Part shown: positions 39,179 through 53,259 of the stretch, piece by piece
How positions within the stretch are numbered: position 1 is the first letter of the stretch
Layout: each line of letters begins with the position of its first letter
Source: Nageia nagi
Taxonomy: Eukaryota; Plantae; Pinophyta
NCBI GenBank assembly: GCA_050084985.1
Contig: JBITNC010000001.1
Coordinates: forward strand, 180,978,001-181,042,000
Direction: 5' to 3'
Length of the DNA stretch: 64,000 nt
Position numbers and translations under genes: made by a program
Notes under the pieces: generated by a model
Seen by the model: only the letters and a program-made list of their open reading frames with translations
Databases searched by the model: none
Told to the model about the DNA's origin: nothing

Positions 39179-41399
39179 GCAAGCAATTTTTATATCCCTT
39201 TCTGTTTCCTGAATGATCGATGTTAACTTAGGATTGCAATAATACAAATTTTGCCATGTTTAACTATGAATGCACCATGTATTTATGCCCGTTTTACTGA
39301 AAGCTAGTCTAAGTGTTATATCAAGGTTACTGGATCCTCTCCTTTATGCCTAGCATATCAAGAATCATTAGAATGGATGATTTATATATGTGTTTTATCT
39401 ACAGAAATAAGAAAAATATGCACGTGTTCATTCTGAAAAAGCAAAAACTAGAGATTATGAAATTAAATTTTTTGCTGAAGTTTGCAAAATACATCTGATT
39501 AATGAGTATGAAGAATAGAGAAACAACAGAAGACAACATTATATCTTAAACCTCCCTTGTACTATATTAAAGAAGTCAATAAGCTTTGTGAGTTGAAATT
39601 ATTGCTGACAATCCTTCCATCTTCCACTTTAACATCTTTGCAGTGGCTGTTTAGAGCCTTTCCTTTGCCTCAATTTCATTTGTTGGAGCCAGTATTTTGA
39701 GCCTCTTCGCATACATTTTGGATCAAATGCATTGACAAGTCTAGAGTTTGTTAAATTTGTGAAGGTTCAACTTTTTCATGAGCAAGCTTCTGTATGCATT
39801 CTTATTTTTCAGTTTTAGCATCAAATTCTGAAATTGAAATACGTATCTTTCCTTATCTTCCTTGCAATAAAAGAATGTAGATATAATCTTTAAGATTTTA
39901 GCTTATTCTTCAGTTGCTAGATTTACTGCTAAGCAGGTAAACATTTGCATAAGAGATTGAATGGGCAATAGTCTATATTTTTGATTAGTGATAATAAATG
40001 ATGCATGCATTTCAATCCTTCATTGATTAGCATTGGTGGCAGAAATGCAAGAAAATGACTTGTGGTGAAATAGAAGTCAGGATAGCAGCAAGTTGTATCT
40101 TGACCTCATCTCATGTTAGGTAAATATATAGTGGAAATAGAATACAGTGAGAGACAACAAACCAATTCGCTTGTATACAAGAACTTGGAGTAGATAGAAG
40201 TACAAGTACAAAGAGGAACCTGCCTTGTCCAAGGAGGGTTTGGGGATCAGCTTGATAGTAGAGAAAGAAAAATCAACAACATACTGAGGTTAGGAAAACA
40301 CTAAGCTTAGAGATAGGGTGGTGGGTGTTTCTACTAAACTTGTTCAACCATCTGTTGAAGGACTGTTCATGGTTTATGAGGGAATTGTAGCTGTTGATAA
40401 AGAAATGGAGTTGGTTGCATACACACAAAGAAAGGAGGTCTTCCCTTTTTCTGATCTTGTGCCAAAAAACAAGATCTATCATTTTAATAAGTGAACAAAC
40501 CTGCAAGAAAGAAAAGAAGGAACTAGTACTCACTGATGCTGAAGACAAACAAGTTTAGAGGGGACAACAGGGAATAATGCTTAATGCATTGCTTGTTAGT
40601 TTTGGCGTTAGGTTCACTAACCAGATTGTTGACTCCTTTAATTCAACTCAGCCACCAAACAGACTTCAGAGTTCCAGATCCACAAAGAAACTATCGACAA
40701 GCAAATAATGCAAGAAAAAGATGATACTGGCACTTGATTGGAAGTTCTATTTAATTGTAAAAGAAGTGTAGTACAACAACCAAACGTTAATGTTATTGCT
40801 CATACCATAGTACTTTGCATACAATCTACATCTCCTGATTTCAGTTGTCTTGACTTGCATGTGTAGCTAATTCAAAAAATACATTACATGCTAAAAATAG
40901 CTTTGATCTGTGTACCCTTAGCTGAATTGTATGACCATAGCAAAGACAATCACTATTGTTTTTATCTTGGGTTTTGAGGTAAAGTTCTCTTCATAATATA
41001 TTCTTTCCTTCTGTGCATACCTTTTTGCTACCAATTATGCCTTGCACAATAGTGAAATTTGGATTTGACCAATATTTGTTTGGTTTCAAACTCTTAAAAG
41101 TTGGCCATTTGGAGAGAATACTCAGCAAAAAGCGGCAAATTAAAAATGTAAAAATGCATTGAATTTACATAAAATGCATCAAATGGCAATTACTTAATGA
41201 TTATTATTTGGCAAAAATTGCATATTCCTAGAATATACTATTTTTGTCGAAGAATCTCATATGGAATTTTTGCCAACTTTTTGGTTGTTATTTGTCTTCA
41301 TTGAAGTACTAGATTGGAAAGGTGCATGATTTTGCTTTCTTGCCAAGCAACATTCACAAATATGATCTAAAAATCAAAGGATTTTAAACCTTGTACCAT

Positions 41400-42880
41400 G
41401 CCCTTGGGGAGGAGTCAATGTAGGTATTGAAGGCTTAGGTTCCTAAAACACCTATGCCAAAGAGAAGGATGATCAGCCTTCACTACTAGTGCTTGATTGT
41501 TTAGTACAACTCTATCAAGCATGAACAACTTGCTAACTCTGGTGGCATGAGCAAGAATCATGGAAGGGTCAACAATACCTTGAATGAGGCAATATTTAGC
41601 TTTTCTGTAATGTCCCCAAGTTTGAGAAACCTTTTTAACATCATAACTTCCGTCACAAGTCTTGAATCACCAATTTGTCTTTTGGAATGGATGGAGAATC
41701 TTCTACCAATTGTTTTGATAGGTCACACAACATGGTTCTGTCAAGAGACGAGGGAGATGTGGACTTTTGAAGTTCACCTAGGAAACTAGGATTCTAATAT
41801 TGTGGCCAAGGAAAAGTCGGTTAGGAGAAAGTTATTTTTTTCCAAGTCGGCCAAGAGTTTAGTTATTGGTACTTTCAAGGTAAAAGCATCTATAAAAGGA
41901 GGAAAGATTCACCACCTAAGGATCATCTTAATTTTGCATTTGATCATGGATCATCTCGGAGTTGGGGTTGCTCATTTTTCTTCCTTCTAAGGACTAGGGC
42001 TTCTCCCTAGCCTAGAAGTGACATATTTGCAATCACATTCACTCGGAGAGCTTACGCCAATCTTGGAAGACCTTCTAGCCCTAGCGTTAGGATCTTGGAG
42101 CCATCTTGAGACTTGCGCCAGCCTTGGGAGCCATCTTTGTAGGATGGCAACAATGCTCTCAATATAATGGAGACAAGATCACCACTATGTGCAGTCAAAT
42201 AGAGAAAGTTTTGAACTCTTTCACCACCTTTAATCTTCAAAGTGTGGAATTTTTGTTGAAGGTAATGAAGCTTGTTTTGATTATATCCCTTGAAGATTAT
42301 CTTCAACTTCTTCAAAACCCCATCAAACTTGTTTATGCCTATTATATTTGGATGGAGAGGATCTAAAATGTTGATGACAAGCATGTCCATGGTTTTATTA
42401 TTCATTTGATCAGACTTTTCTAAGTTTTCTTACTGCGCAACATCAATCTCACTGTGAGTGACATTGCATCAATTGTAATTATGAAATTCAATGAATATTC
42501 GTGAATTCAATGAATATGAATGATTGTGATAAATTCGGAAAAAGCTTCAAAGTTTGACAATATGTGAATTTTCAAAATGATTGATGAATAATCACCAAAT
42601 AACTCCCAAATGATTTCCATTTGATGTGTTTGATGTAGATTTACTATTTTTTAGCATTTCAAAATTGCCATTTTTTTTCGAGTATTATGGTGAATAGTCC
42701 TTGAATGGGTTGAATTTCAAAAGTTTGAACATAAACCAATACCAAATCCAAATTTCACTACTATGCCATCAACTTCCCCTCACGATGCCTTTTGAATACA
42801 TCACTGTGAGCATCTTGTTCTTCCACAAGAGGTAGTTACTGCTGTTGAAAGAATGGGTTTCTGGCAACATCTTAGGAATA
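41400..42880 (-). mobile_element. Highly decayed Copia remnant (gag to pre-integrase), interrupted by MITE-like sequence
   Basis: Minus strand reads FNSSNYLLWKNKML (about 42860), NKLHYLQQKFHTLKIKGGERVQNFL (42052-42405) and SLWHRCFRNL (about 41460). Confidence 0.6.
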
Positions 42881-43795
42881 TTTACCATGATAGCAGAAAA
42901 AAGAACAATGAATTTTTTTATTCAAGTTGAGGAAAAAAAACAATGAGATTTATTCCTACTAGAGGTTGAAATCTGACTGTGGATGGTAGCTTGGTCTCGC
43001 ATTATCCTTGATGTCACCTTGTAACAATTATCATCCTCCAAATGATGTTTTGTCACTCATGCTAAGCCATAGGCATAAAGAATGAAGTACTAGATACTGA
43101 TCTACCACATATTTGAATGTCAATGGGCTTGCCTTGCAGAGTATCTCTAGAAGTGCAAAGTACAAGCCATACTTTGTTGATGTCATCAATATTGTCAAAA
43201 TTGAGGATAATTGTCTTTTCCTTTGAAGGGAAGTAATATTATTTGAAAAACAAGTTAGATACAAAAATTATTGTTGATACCCAAATTTGAAAACCTATAC
43301 TATTTGTAGCAATTATGTGGGTTCAACATCAACAAATAATTTGATTGGGGCCTTGGATTCCCTCAATAAACTCCATAAAAACTTTGGTGGGTTCTGTAGA
43401 GTATTTTCACTATACACGAGGTAGTTATGTCAGTTTTTTTTATAAGCACGAGTATGACTGACTTAGCAACTTGGGCCTTCCACATCTGTGAGATTTCCAC
43501 AACTAATTTTCTCCCCACTCCTTTGACATGAGGGTATGCCTATAATATCTTAATTTAAACTTTATTTAGATGATATAATATATTATTTCCAACATAGATC
43601 TAGAGTTTCATTTGAAATATAAAGTCCTTGGGCACAAAAATACTTTTGAAATAGTTCAATAACAAAAGGAAGATATTTGAGTTTGCCAAAATGTGAATAT
43701 GTAGAATTAACCTATTCTTGAAATTAAATTAAGTTCCTATGTTCCACAAGGATGCATACCTTCCCCTAGAATGCACGTACTAGACATGTTGGGGA

Positions 43796-44998
43796 TGTGA
43801 CGCCCCCCTTACATCATTGTAATTAATTGTGGAATCCAGTGGATTCCCTTTTGTAATATATTTTATTATTGCATTATACTTTCAAGTTGTAGCTTGGGAT
43901 AGAAGACTTAATGAATCAATGGAGCCCATTGTGAGCCCCAAGTGGGATGTCTCCCTCCCAAGCATAGATAAGGTGTTTTATTATACTTGGAGATCCCGAT
44001 CTTGATTGTGGGAATCCCAAGCTCTGTTTTGCACTTAGATGGATGGATCAACACTTGTATACATGTGTCAGCCTTGGGGAGACTCCTAGACCCCCACATT
44101 GGCCCATTATGACACCTAGGTCCCACGCATGGCTCCTAGACCCACGTTGAGCATGCGTGGCACTCCTAGACCCCCATGTTGGCATTTATGGGCACTCCAA
44201 GCCCCATGTTGGCATTTATGGGCACTCCAAGCCCCCATGTTGGGCATTCTGGGCCCCCAAGATGCTAACGTTGGGATTAAGGAGTCGGGTGATGACTCCT
44301 AGGTGAGATCTAGATAGGGTTGAGTGTTTAAAGAGGCATTGGAGCCTAATTGTTGGATATACTTTGATTATACTATTATCTCTTGATATTGTCTTGTGGA
44401 CACAAGTTTTAGCAGCGCTAAGCAATCCCCTAGGTGCAACATCTAGGACAGCTATTAGGCTGAGGGATCCTATAGCCTATGAAATTGGTGTAGCACCCTT
44501 GCCAATCCGATTATATTCCAAGGTTGTGCTTCTACCTTCAGTGGTTGTCAAAATCAGAGGAGGGCTCCTTCGGTGGAGAGGATTCGGGTTTCAAGGGAGA
44601 AATACTATCCCATGGTTCTACTGTCTGTCTAGCAATGAGAGACATTCAGTTGTGCCCTACCTGGCTCCTTGGAGGCCAACGTCTAGCTCTGGGAGCTTGG
44701 TATTGTATCACTTGTCATTGATTATCATATATACAACCGTTGGGCATTCGGATCGTATTTGTCCATTTATGCATGTATGACTCAGACGTTGGCATTGTGA
44801 GGGTTTGTACATTGATATCTGCTTGTCTTGTCCAAACGTTGGCATCTTTGTGTTGTGTAAACTTGTAGTGGATGCCCTAGCTCAGTCGTTGGCAATATTG
44901 TGTTGTGAATACTTAATGTTGATGCCTTAGACCAGACATTAGGGTTTTTGTAATCGAATTTGCTGATTTGCACTTGAGTTGTGTTTGGGATCCTTACA
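43796..44998 (+). mobile_element. Solo LTR (same Gypsy family as 10629-11717)
   Basis: TGTGACGCCCCC…CTTACA; TSD GGGGA/AGGGA; clear similarity to 10629-11717. Confidence 0.9.
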
Positions 44999-45146
44999 AG
45001 GGACTTGTGAATGGATACAAAATTTCCCCCTCCCAAACCCCCCATTTTGTCCCCCCTCCCCCCTTTGAAATGTCTCGCCTTTCTGTGAAATGGCTGGGCA
45101 TCCCCTCGGCATCCAGGAAACGCCTAGTCCTCATTGAAAATTTGTT

Positions 45147-45371
45147 GCAGCAGGGAAGGTGGAAGATGTTGTTGGAGCTTTTGGTTTTCTGTATGTACCG
45201 CAAAGCACTCACGTAGCGAAAGTTTGACAACGGTTACCACAAAGGGTTTTACTTTTAGGAATTACAGATGGGCTTGGATTTCTGTTCACATTTCCAGTTC
45301 CTGAAACTAAGGGCAAGTCGCTGGAAGAGTTGTCAGGTAAAAATGATGAACAAGGAATGGAGCTCCGGTGA
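45147..45371 (+). pseudogene. PHT1: PHT1 phosphate transporter C-terminal fragment (last TM helices and tail)
   Basis: AAGKVEDVVGAFGFLY…(alternative frame KFDNGYHKG)…LLLGITDGLGFLFTFPVPETKGKSLEELSG matches the PHT1 signature GKAGAIVGAFGFLY…GY..G…FTFLVPE.KGKSLEE.SG. Contains a stop, a frameshift and a deletion. Confidence 0.85.
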
Positions 45372-47055
45372 TCCCATTCCACTTCTAGAACTGTGCTGGT
45401 TCTTCTAATTCCGTGAATGTTCAAGTACAAAATGAATAAAATATGTCACTAATACTACTGTAAATTCAAAATATAAAGCAGTGATGAAAGCCTTGCAGTG
45501 TAATGCGCCTCCTCTTCACGTTGCTGAAGAATGAGTAATGTTGCTCTTGGCTTAAAATTGAAATTTGTAACCTATCTGCATCAATGACATCCTTCATGAA
45601 AAAGGAACACTGAATGTAGTAAGATTACTCAAATATTGAAAGTAAAAGCATGTTATAAATACTATCAATTTATTACAAAGAAACCAAGAATGCTGAAGAG
45701 AAAATACTTGATTGATTATCAAATGAAGAGAGCAAACATCTCTTTATAAGAATACAACATCATAAGCCTAATGCCTAAACCCTAAAATAACTGAAGTTTA
45801 CGTTAATTTATATTATTATGTTACCAAAATGATTTTATTATATGTACATAGAGTACCTATCACTATCTAAAAGTACGAAATAACCAATATAATAATTTGA
45901 CAAACTTATCGGTCATTCTGGAAAATACACCAAATTTATCTCTAAATTTGACAAACTTATCTGGACCAAGAGACTTGGTGAGAATATCTGCAATCTGGTC
46001 CTGAGGAGGATAATATTGCAGTTCCACTAATGCATCTCCTACCAATTGTTGAATGAAATGGCAATGAACGTTGACATGTTTTGGTGCATTCATGAAAGAT
46101 GGGATTCTTGGCCAGCTTAGGAACTCCCTGGTTATCACAAAACTGGAGTGTAGGCTCCGTTTGGTCAACTTGTAAATTTTCAAGTACTCTTCTAATCCGA
46201 ATGGCTTCACAAGCTTCTTTTACTACTACCCGGTACTATGCTTCTGTAGAGGAAAGTGATACTGCATGTTGTTTCTTGTTCACTCAAGAAACTGCTCCTG
46301 TTCCGAGAGTGAACATATAGTCTAATGTGGATTTCCCATCATCAACGGATCCTGTCCAATCTGAGTTTGAATAGACACTCAACTGAAGGTCTTTGCTTTT
46401 ATCATGTAGAATGCCAAATTCTAATGTTCCTTTCACATATCTTAGCACCCTTTTTTGCTGCAGGAGCAGTCATAAAACAGGAAATATAGCTGACTGCACA
46501 GCTCAAATCAGGTCTAGTGGCTGTAAGATAGATTAAACTGCCAACTAGCTGCCTGTCAAATGATCATTGGCTGCCTTTGAATCAGTTTTGGCTGAAAGTT
46601 TGAGCCCTTGCTCCATAAGTATAACTGAAATTTTACAAGCTGTCGTGCTGAACCTGTGTAACAAACCCTCACATATTTTGATTGAGAAACAAAAATATGA
46701 CTATTAGTTAGCCAAATTTCTACACCTGAACAGTAATGTAGGATGCCCAGAACTCTCATGTTAAAAATGGAACATACATCTGATTTTACTGGTTCAATTG
46801 CTTTGACCGCACTACCTATAATAATGTTGTCATCAACATAAAAAACTAGAATTACCACATCACCATCGATGCTTTTGATGTAGAGATTGGGATATGAGTT
46901 ATTTCTCCTGAATCCCTGGTATCCGAAGTACTTGTCAATCTTAATGTACGATGCCCTAGATGCCTGTTTCAGCCCATAAAGAGCTTCAATTTGCACACCA
47001 AATGTTCCTTTCTTGGAATTTTAAATCCTGTTGGCTGGTATATATAAGCTTCTTC

Positions 47056-48436
47056 TGTAACATCCCCTTTTTGTAAAAAATAAATAATTTTGGAATTCTA
47101 AGGATTCCCTTTTTGTAAATATTTATTTATTCATGTATTTGTTGTTAGTTACTTGGGATAGAAATATAAAGGTTAGTTGGACCCACTTTGTGAGCCCCAT
47201 GAGGGACGTTTTCCTTCCAAGCTAGGATGTGTTATTTAATTTTTCATTAATACACTTGGAGATCCTAAAGATGATTGTGGGAATCCCAAGGCATGTATAA
47301 CACCTAGATGACACTTGAGCATGGATAAACACCTAATTGCCCCAACGTTGGATTTGGGAGCACTTATATACATTCGCCAACCTTGGGGAGACTTCTAAAC
47401 CCCCACGTTGGCCCATGATGACTCCTAGACACCCATGCATGCACTATAGACCCCACATTGGCTTTTTATGACTCCAAGGCACCCACACATGCATTCTAGG
47501 ACCCCCACGTTGAATGAGTGACTCCCAAGCACCCACGTTGAGCATGTGAAGGGCCTAGATACCCACGTTGGGCTGGAATTGACCCTAGGCACCTTCTTTC
47601 GGCTTTGTGGGGCTTCTAGGAAACCAATGTTGGATTAGGAAGGCTGGGTGATGATTTTGAGGTGAGATCTAGATCCAGTGATATATAAGTCAAGGAGCCT
47701 TAATGCAGAGAGACTTGATTTTATATTGAAACCCTTCTCTTTGGAGTTACCAAAGACTTGGCGGTGTTAAGCACCCTTGAGCGCAACGCACAAGGAGAGT
47801 CTAGGAGGCATGGAACACCTTCTATATTATAGTTGAGGTGAATGTTTGTGCTGTGAGGTTGCCCTACCTTGAGGCGTCCACAAGTGATCTGCACCTTTGA
47901 ATCACATCCGTTCTCTTTGCTGGGAGCTAGCCTATTAGGGAGCCCTTCAGTGAGGCATCTATAGAATTGGTAGTGTGTGATTGTTCTACAACAATTTCAG
48001 GATAAATCTTAGCATGTTGTATGCCCTAGTTGGTTCCTTGGAGGCCAACGTTGAGCCCTTTGAGCCTATTAGGTATTGTACTCATCATTCTATCAATAAT
48101 AAGAGTCGTGGCATACTTGGATCTCAATTGTTGTCGCTTTATTTGATGTCCATGCCTCCATATGTGCAATGTTGAGCTATTTTAGTATATTCATGCTTGT
48201 ATGGTGGACCGTTGGCATTATTGGGTGTGTTTGGCATGCTATATGAATCCCCATGTGTGACGTTGGGGTATAGGAGTGGAATTGGACTAGTAAGGTGCAT
48301 CATTGGGCTTGCTGGCTTGTTATTGTTCATGTTTGATGCCCTAGTATAGTTCGTGGCATGCCTAGAAGTGCATATTGATATTGTTTGATATTTTATTTGG
48401 CTAATTTCTACATTGAGCATATTTGGGAATATTACA
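47056..48436 (+). mobile_element. Solo LTR (related Gypsy family) inserted in the Copia-3 RT
   Basis: TGTAACATCCCC…ATTACA; perfect TSD TCTTC at 47051-47055 and 48437-48441. Confidence 0.93.
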
Positions 48437-51400
48437 TCTTCCTGAAGGTCTCCATTCAGGAATGCACTTTTTACATCCATTCAGTTCATTTTATAGCCAA
48501 ACTATGCTGCCATGCCACATGGTTAGAAAAAATTGGATTGTCTTCATTTTGGCCATTGGAGCAAATATCTCCTTATAATTAATTTCTTTTTGTGCAAAGC
48601 CTTCCCAATCAGTATTGTTTTATACTCGTCAAGTCTCCCATCTGTCTTGTATTCGACTTTTTGGACCCTTTTGCAGCCAATAAGTTTCTTTCTTCAAGGT
48701 AATTCTGTAAGATGTCAAGTCTTACTCTGTATCAATCTTATGTTCGACTTGCATAGCCTTTGCCCATTCCTATGTTCATTTGGTCACTTCATAGTCTCAA
48801 GACTGAAGTGAGTACTGAAGGTTACACATCAAAGCATAATTCACTGTATCAGATGCCTGTCTTCCTTGTAGTCTTCCTTCCATCCCCATATAGGGCAGCT
48901 CATCAAACTGAACATCAGTATAGTTTCTGTATCACGATTTTGGTATCTTTGTTTCTTTCTTCCAAGATCAGTATCATCTTGTTGATTTTCATAGTTTTTT
49001 GCAATTCTGTCCAAATCAGCATCATCATCTTGCTGATTTCCTTAGTTTACAGCATCTTCCAGGATAGAAATTTCATAGGAACTTTTCCCTCTTCAGGTTG
49101 AGGTGCTGCATGCACTATACCTGATTTCCTGGCCAATTTTTCCTTGTTTTTAGGAACTTTCAGATCAGATTTTTGCTTTTTCATTGCCTGAAACAGCCCT
49201 TCATTTTCATCCACTACCACATCACGACTATAACATGTTTTGTTAGTGTCAATACCAACCAACTTATATGCTTTGTGATTATCACTGTAGCCTGGAAGCA
49301 TATTTTTTTTGAATTTAGCATCAAGTTTGGTTCATTTTTCTGTAGGACTCCTTGCATATACAACTGAACCAAAGACATTAAGATGATTCACATTTGGTTT
49401 TCATCCAAACCGTGCTTCTTTTGGTGTGATGTATCAATTCTGAATAATATTCAAATCCTAACAAGATTGCAATATTTCTCCAGACAAACTAAATTCTTTT
49501 TAAATAAAATTCTAATCTACGAATTTAAATCACAAGATTACTCATTACTTCAGCAAACAACACCCACATCACTGATTTTCCATTAAATCTGAAATATAAA
49601 GGCAGTTACATAAATATTAAATATTACTGAAAAGGCTACATCAAACAACTCACAACAAGTAAAATGAAAAATCTAATTTCTAGAGCTGAAGAGAATACCC
49701 CCAAAGGGATGTTGGGGTTTTGGAGCACAATATTGATGAAAACAACGCTCAAATTCTGCTGATCTGCTCTTGCAATTGGGATGCCGGCCCTCCAATGACT
49801 GCAAAAAGGGTTCAAACTCTGAAATCTGCCCTCATTCTGCCCAGATTTGATGAAGTTGGCTGCCAATGACTGAACACTGCCCAATAATGTCTCCAAATGC
49901 CTTTTAAATGCAAATATAACCCACCAAACAATGCCAAGAATGCCCACAAAGTGCCCTAACTGGCCGAATCAAATCTGAAGCTCCTCAATTACAATTTCTT
50001 TTAGTCCAAATGCAAACCCTAAGTAGGTTTGCCTCTAAGAGAGTTAGAGTTTTCATCCTACTCTCAAAATTCAAGGTTTTTTGTCCTTGAATCAATCTTC
50101 CACAAGTTTCTGTCTGCAGAAGATGTCCCTTGGGATTTCCATCCACAAGAGGAAAGGGGTATTTTCTCCTCAGCCAATTACACCAAGTAGAAAACAAATA
50201 ATAACATTCAACATATCATAAATGAGCCCCCCAAGTCCTCTTTATATAGGAGAAATGTTATAATTCTCCGTTGACTATTTACAAGGTGCCCATTATAACT
50301 TAAAACATAATATTATTTCTTCTAACACATGACCCTTATTTCTCCTTCTTATTAGTTTTATTTTTATTTTAGTGTTTTCCTCCACACTTAGGCACAAAAC
50401 AATGAAAATACAAATCACACACCACACCACATCTATGTACACAAGGGGAACTGAAAAATGGGACATTATAATACACCCCTCCCTAAGATTGCTTGTCCTC
50501 AAGCAATCAAACATAAACAAACCATGCTCAGTAGTAATACCAGGGTCCCAAACTAATATGAAGAAACGTTTGCACTGCTGCAATAATTCTGACTCCATAC
50601 ACAAACCCTCAAAGGATACCTCCTTTACTTTGTTGATCACTGCCACTATTTGTTCTTCATTTAAAGTGCCAAGATACGAAGGAAATTGTGTATATAATTG
50701 CTCCCACTCTATCTTATCATCAGCCTTCCAATTAATTTCTGAAACACAAGAAATATGTCCATGTGTATCACCAATCATGATAACCTGATCATTAAATGCT
50801 GCCTCATAATATGCAATATCTATAACTTTTGATGACTCCCAACAAATATCCAATGCTTTTCTTCCAACAGTCCTTATAAGTGCAACCATGAAGTTGAATA
50901 GAGAATACAAATCCAAATGTGAGTCAAGGACAATCCTCAACATTTGATCATTCTTCACCAATACATAAATAACATACCTTGGAAAATGGCCAAGATCTTT
51001 TTATGCAACCTCTTTCTGTGTGTCAATGGAAACATCTATAATCAAAGAATTGTACTTATCCCATGCATTTGTAGGCAACACTTTGCTTGCTGTAGTAACT
51101 GAATCATCCTTACAATAAATGTCAAAAGATGAAGAATATGGCTGTCCATGTATCAGTTTTCCATAAGCCAACAAATCAGTCCATAAAAATGTAGAAACAG
51201 TCCCAAAATGTGCGATATTAGTGGGATTAAACATAACAGAAAATTGTTCTTTATGTGCAACCCCTGTATCAAGTTTGGTGGTTCCCACTATGTCATGAGA
51301 AAGCAAACGATCACCTTCAAATTGCTGGTCACTGTTTTCATTGTAAAAACAGTCCATCCTCTTTTCATTATTACTCTAATTCTTCCATTTGATAATCATC

Positions 51401-51467
51401 ATGCATGCTTGATTCCAATGCAATTAAACTTTGAGAATTTGAATTCAAAATTTCTTCTTTCTCTTTA

Positions 51468-52544
51468 TGTAATGGCCCATTTTTTAGATTTCCCTTTGTA
51501 CATTGTTGTATTGTGGTGAGATAGTATTTTATGTGGCCTTGGGAAAAATAAAAATTAAAACAAAGGAGGACAATGTGTGTTAGGGACATAATATTTTATT
51601 TTAAAGAGTTATAAGGTTATTTTTATTAAGTGTAATGTTATTTTCCTTTTAAGTGTGGCTTTTGATAAGGAAATAAATTAAAATAAAATATAATAATAAA
51701 GGGGGAGATATAAGGGTCATGTGTGTTTTAAATAATTAAATAAAGTGCCAAGGGGACATAAGGAAATAATAAAAATATTAAAAAAGGTGCTTTAAGGTAT
51801 TTTAGGGTTTCACCCCCTGAATGAAGAATTAGAAGAATATGGTTTATAAAAGGGGATTTCAAGGCTCATTTGTTGATTATGACATTCATTTTTTTCTTCT
51901 CTCCTGGAGTTTGGCAGTCAAAGCTGAAACCCTCTTGTGAATGAAACCCTACAAGAGACAACCCAGAGAACGAAGACTCTCTAGGATTCAAGGTTAAGGA
52001 TGAAACCCCTTCAGCCTTTCATTAATAAATTCACGCAGGATTTACATTTGGTCTTATTTCAGAAGTTTTCGAGAAAAGAACTAGGGTTTAGTGCACACAT
52101 TGAAGATCATGGAAGGAAAGGATGTAGTAAACAGCATTCTGATGACTTTTCTAGCCCTCTACCAGCCATTCGCCAGTCTTATCAGCAGTATACATTATCT
52201 CAAGGCCTTCTGCCAAGCATATCAGTAGTAAATACAGTGTTAAGGCCTGCCGCCAGTCTCCTTATAGTCAGGTCTACAGCCAATAAGGAGAAAAGTAGCA
52301 ATCACAACGTCGAAACTCAGTGTTATGCACAGTCTTGTCTTCTTGTCACAGCCATTCAAGCACAATTTTGAGATCATTACAGTCCACAATCAGCACTATA
52401 TACTGTAGCTACCAGTTAGTATTGCATATTGGGAGAAAAAGTACTGTAAATTAAAGTCATTTGCCATTGTACTTCCCACAACATACTGAATATACCACCC
52501 TCTTTGCACAGAATTTAGTTTGCTAATTGATTTCTATCTTTACA
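51468..52544 (+). mobile_element. Solo LTR of a related family nested, in opposite orientation, inside the OTU element
   Basis: TGTAATGGCCCATTTTT…CTTTACA; its 5' end resembles the host LTR start TGTAACGTTCCATTTTT. TATA-like TATAAAAGGGG at about 51845. TSD not clean. Confidence 0.75.
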
Positions 52545-53259
52545 TTGATGCTTGGAAAGTGTTTGATCAAATGCATATTATTTGTGAATGTGTTATATAC
52601 TGTTTGTCCAAATGCCAATAAACAATGTATGCATTGAAACTGTTTGACAAAACGCAAAAACACATAAACTTACTTAAAACCTGAGAAGAGCACATCACAC
52701 TTTACTCATGTTATGCTCTTGGATAAAACCCTTGTCACATAAAATGAGATGGGTAGAAGGTGTATCACTTACCTTTCTCAAATCTGAAACAATGCCATCT
52801 CTATTGGAAGAATCATTTTCCAACATCATTTTGATGCTTTCTATTTCTGTTTCCATTACCAACGAGTTGTTCCCATGGTCATCAAAGTCTTCATCAAATG
52901 TAGGTTCTTCACAAGGATTGTACATCACTTTATTCCCATGTTCTTTATCATTATTCTCATCAAAGAATTCATGCGATAAAGCATTACCAACCTTTTCTTC
53001 AACCTCTTCATTATGTGTGACAACTTCATTTTCACTATTTTCAAAAGTGATAGAGCTAGATGAAGTGAATGCTTCATTTCCATGTAAATCAGAATTTACT
53101 TTACCTGTTTCAGTTTCTTCTCCTTTTAAGGCTCACCTCATCTTCAGCTATGGGTCCTTGATCATATGCATGTAGCAGTAGCTTGGCTTCATCATTTTCT
53201 GTTGTTGATGGCACCTTTTCTTTACAATTGTTTGCTAATGATTTAAACATATGTACCAA

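Noticed and set aside
40114-40551. Possible solo LTR starting TGTTAGG
   Set aside because: No matching TSD and no second copy to define the ends.
41045-42765. Apparent TIR pair (AGTGAAATTTGGATTTG) enclosing a Copia fragment, suggesting a Pack-hAT
   Set aside because: No TSD, and the Copia gag continues outside the right TIR (42766-42870), so these are more likely separate MITE remnants.
43031-43400. Possible LINE RT remnant on the minus strand
   Set aside because: Only a vague RQL..IL resemblance; insufficient support.
50750-50830. WD40-like stretch DQVIMIGDTHGHISC and chromodomain-like EWEQLYTQFP in ORF 50293-50961
   Set aside because: Too short to assign by eye; left as unassigned cargo of the OTU element.
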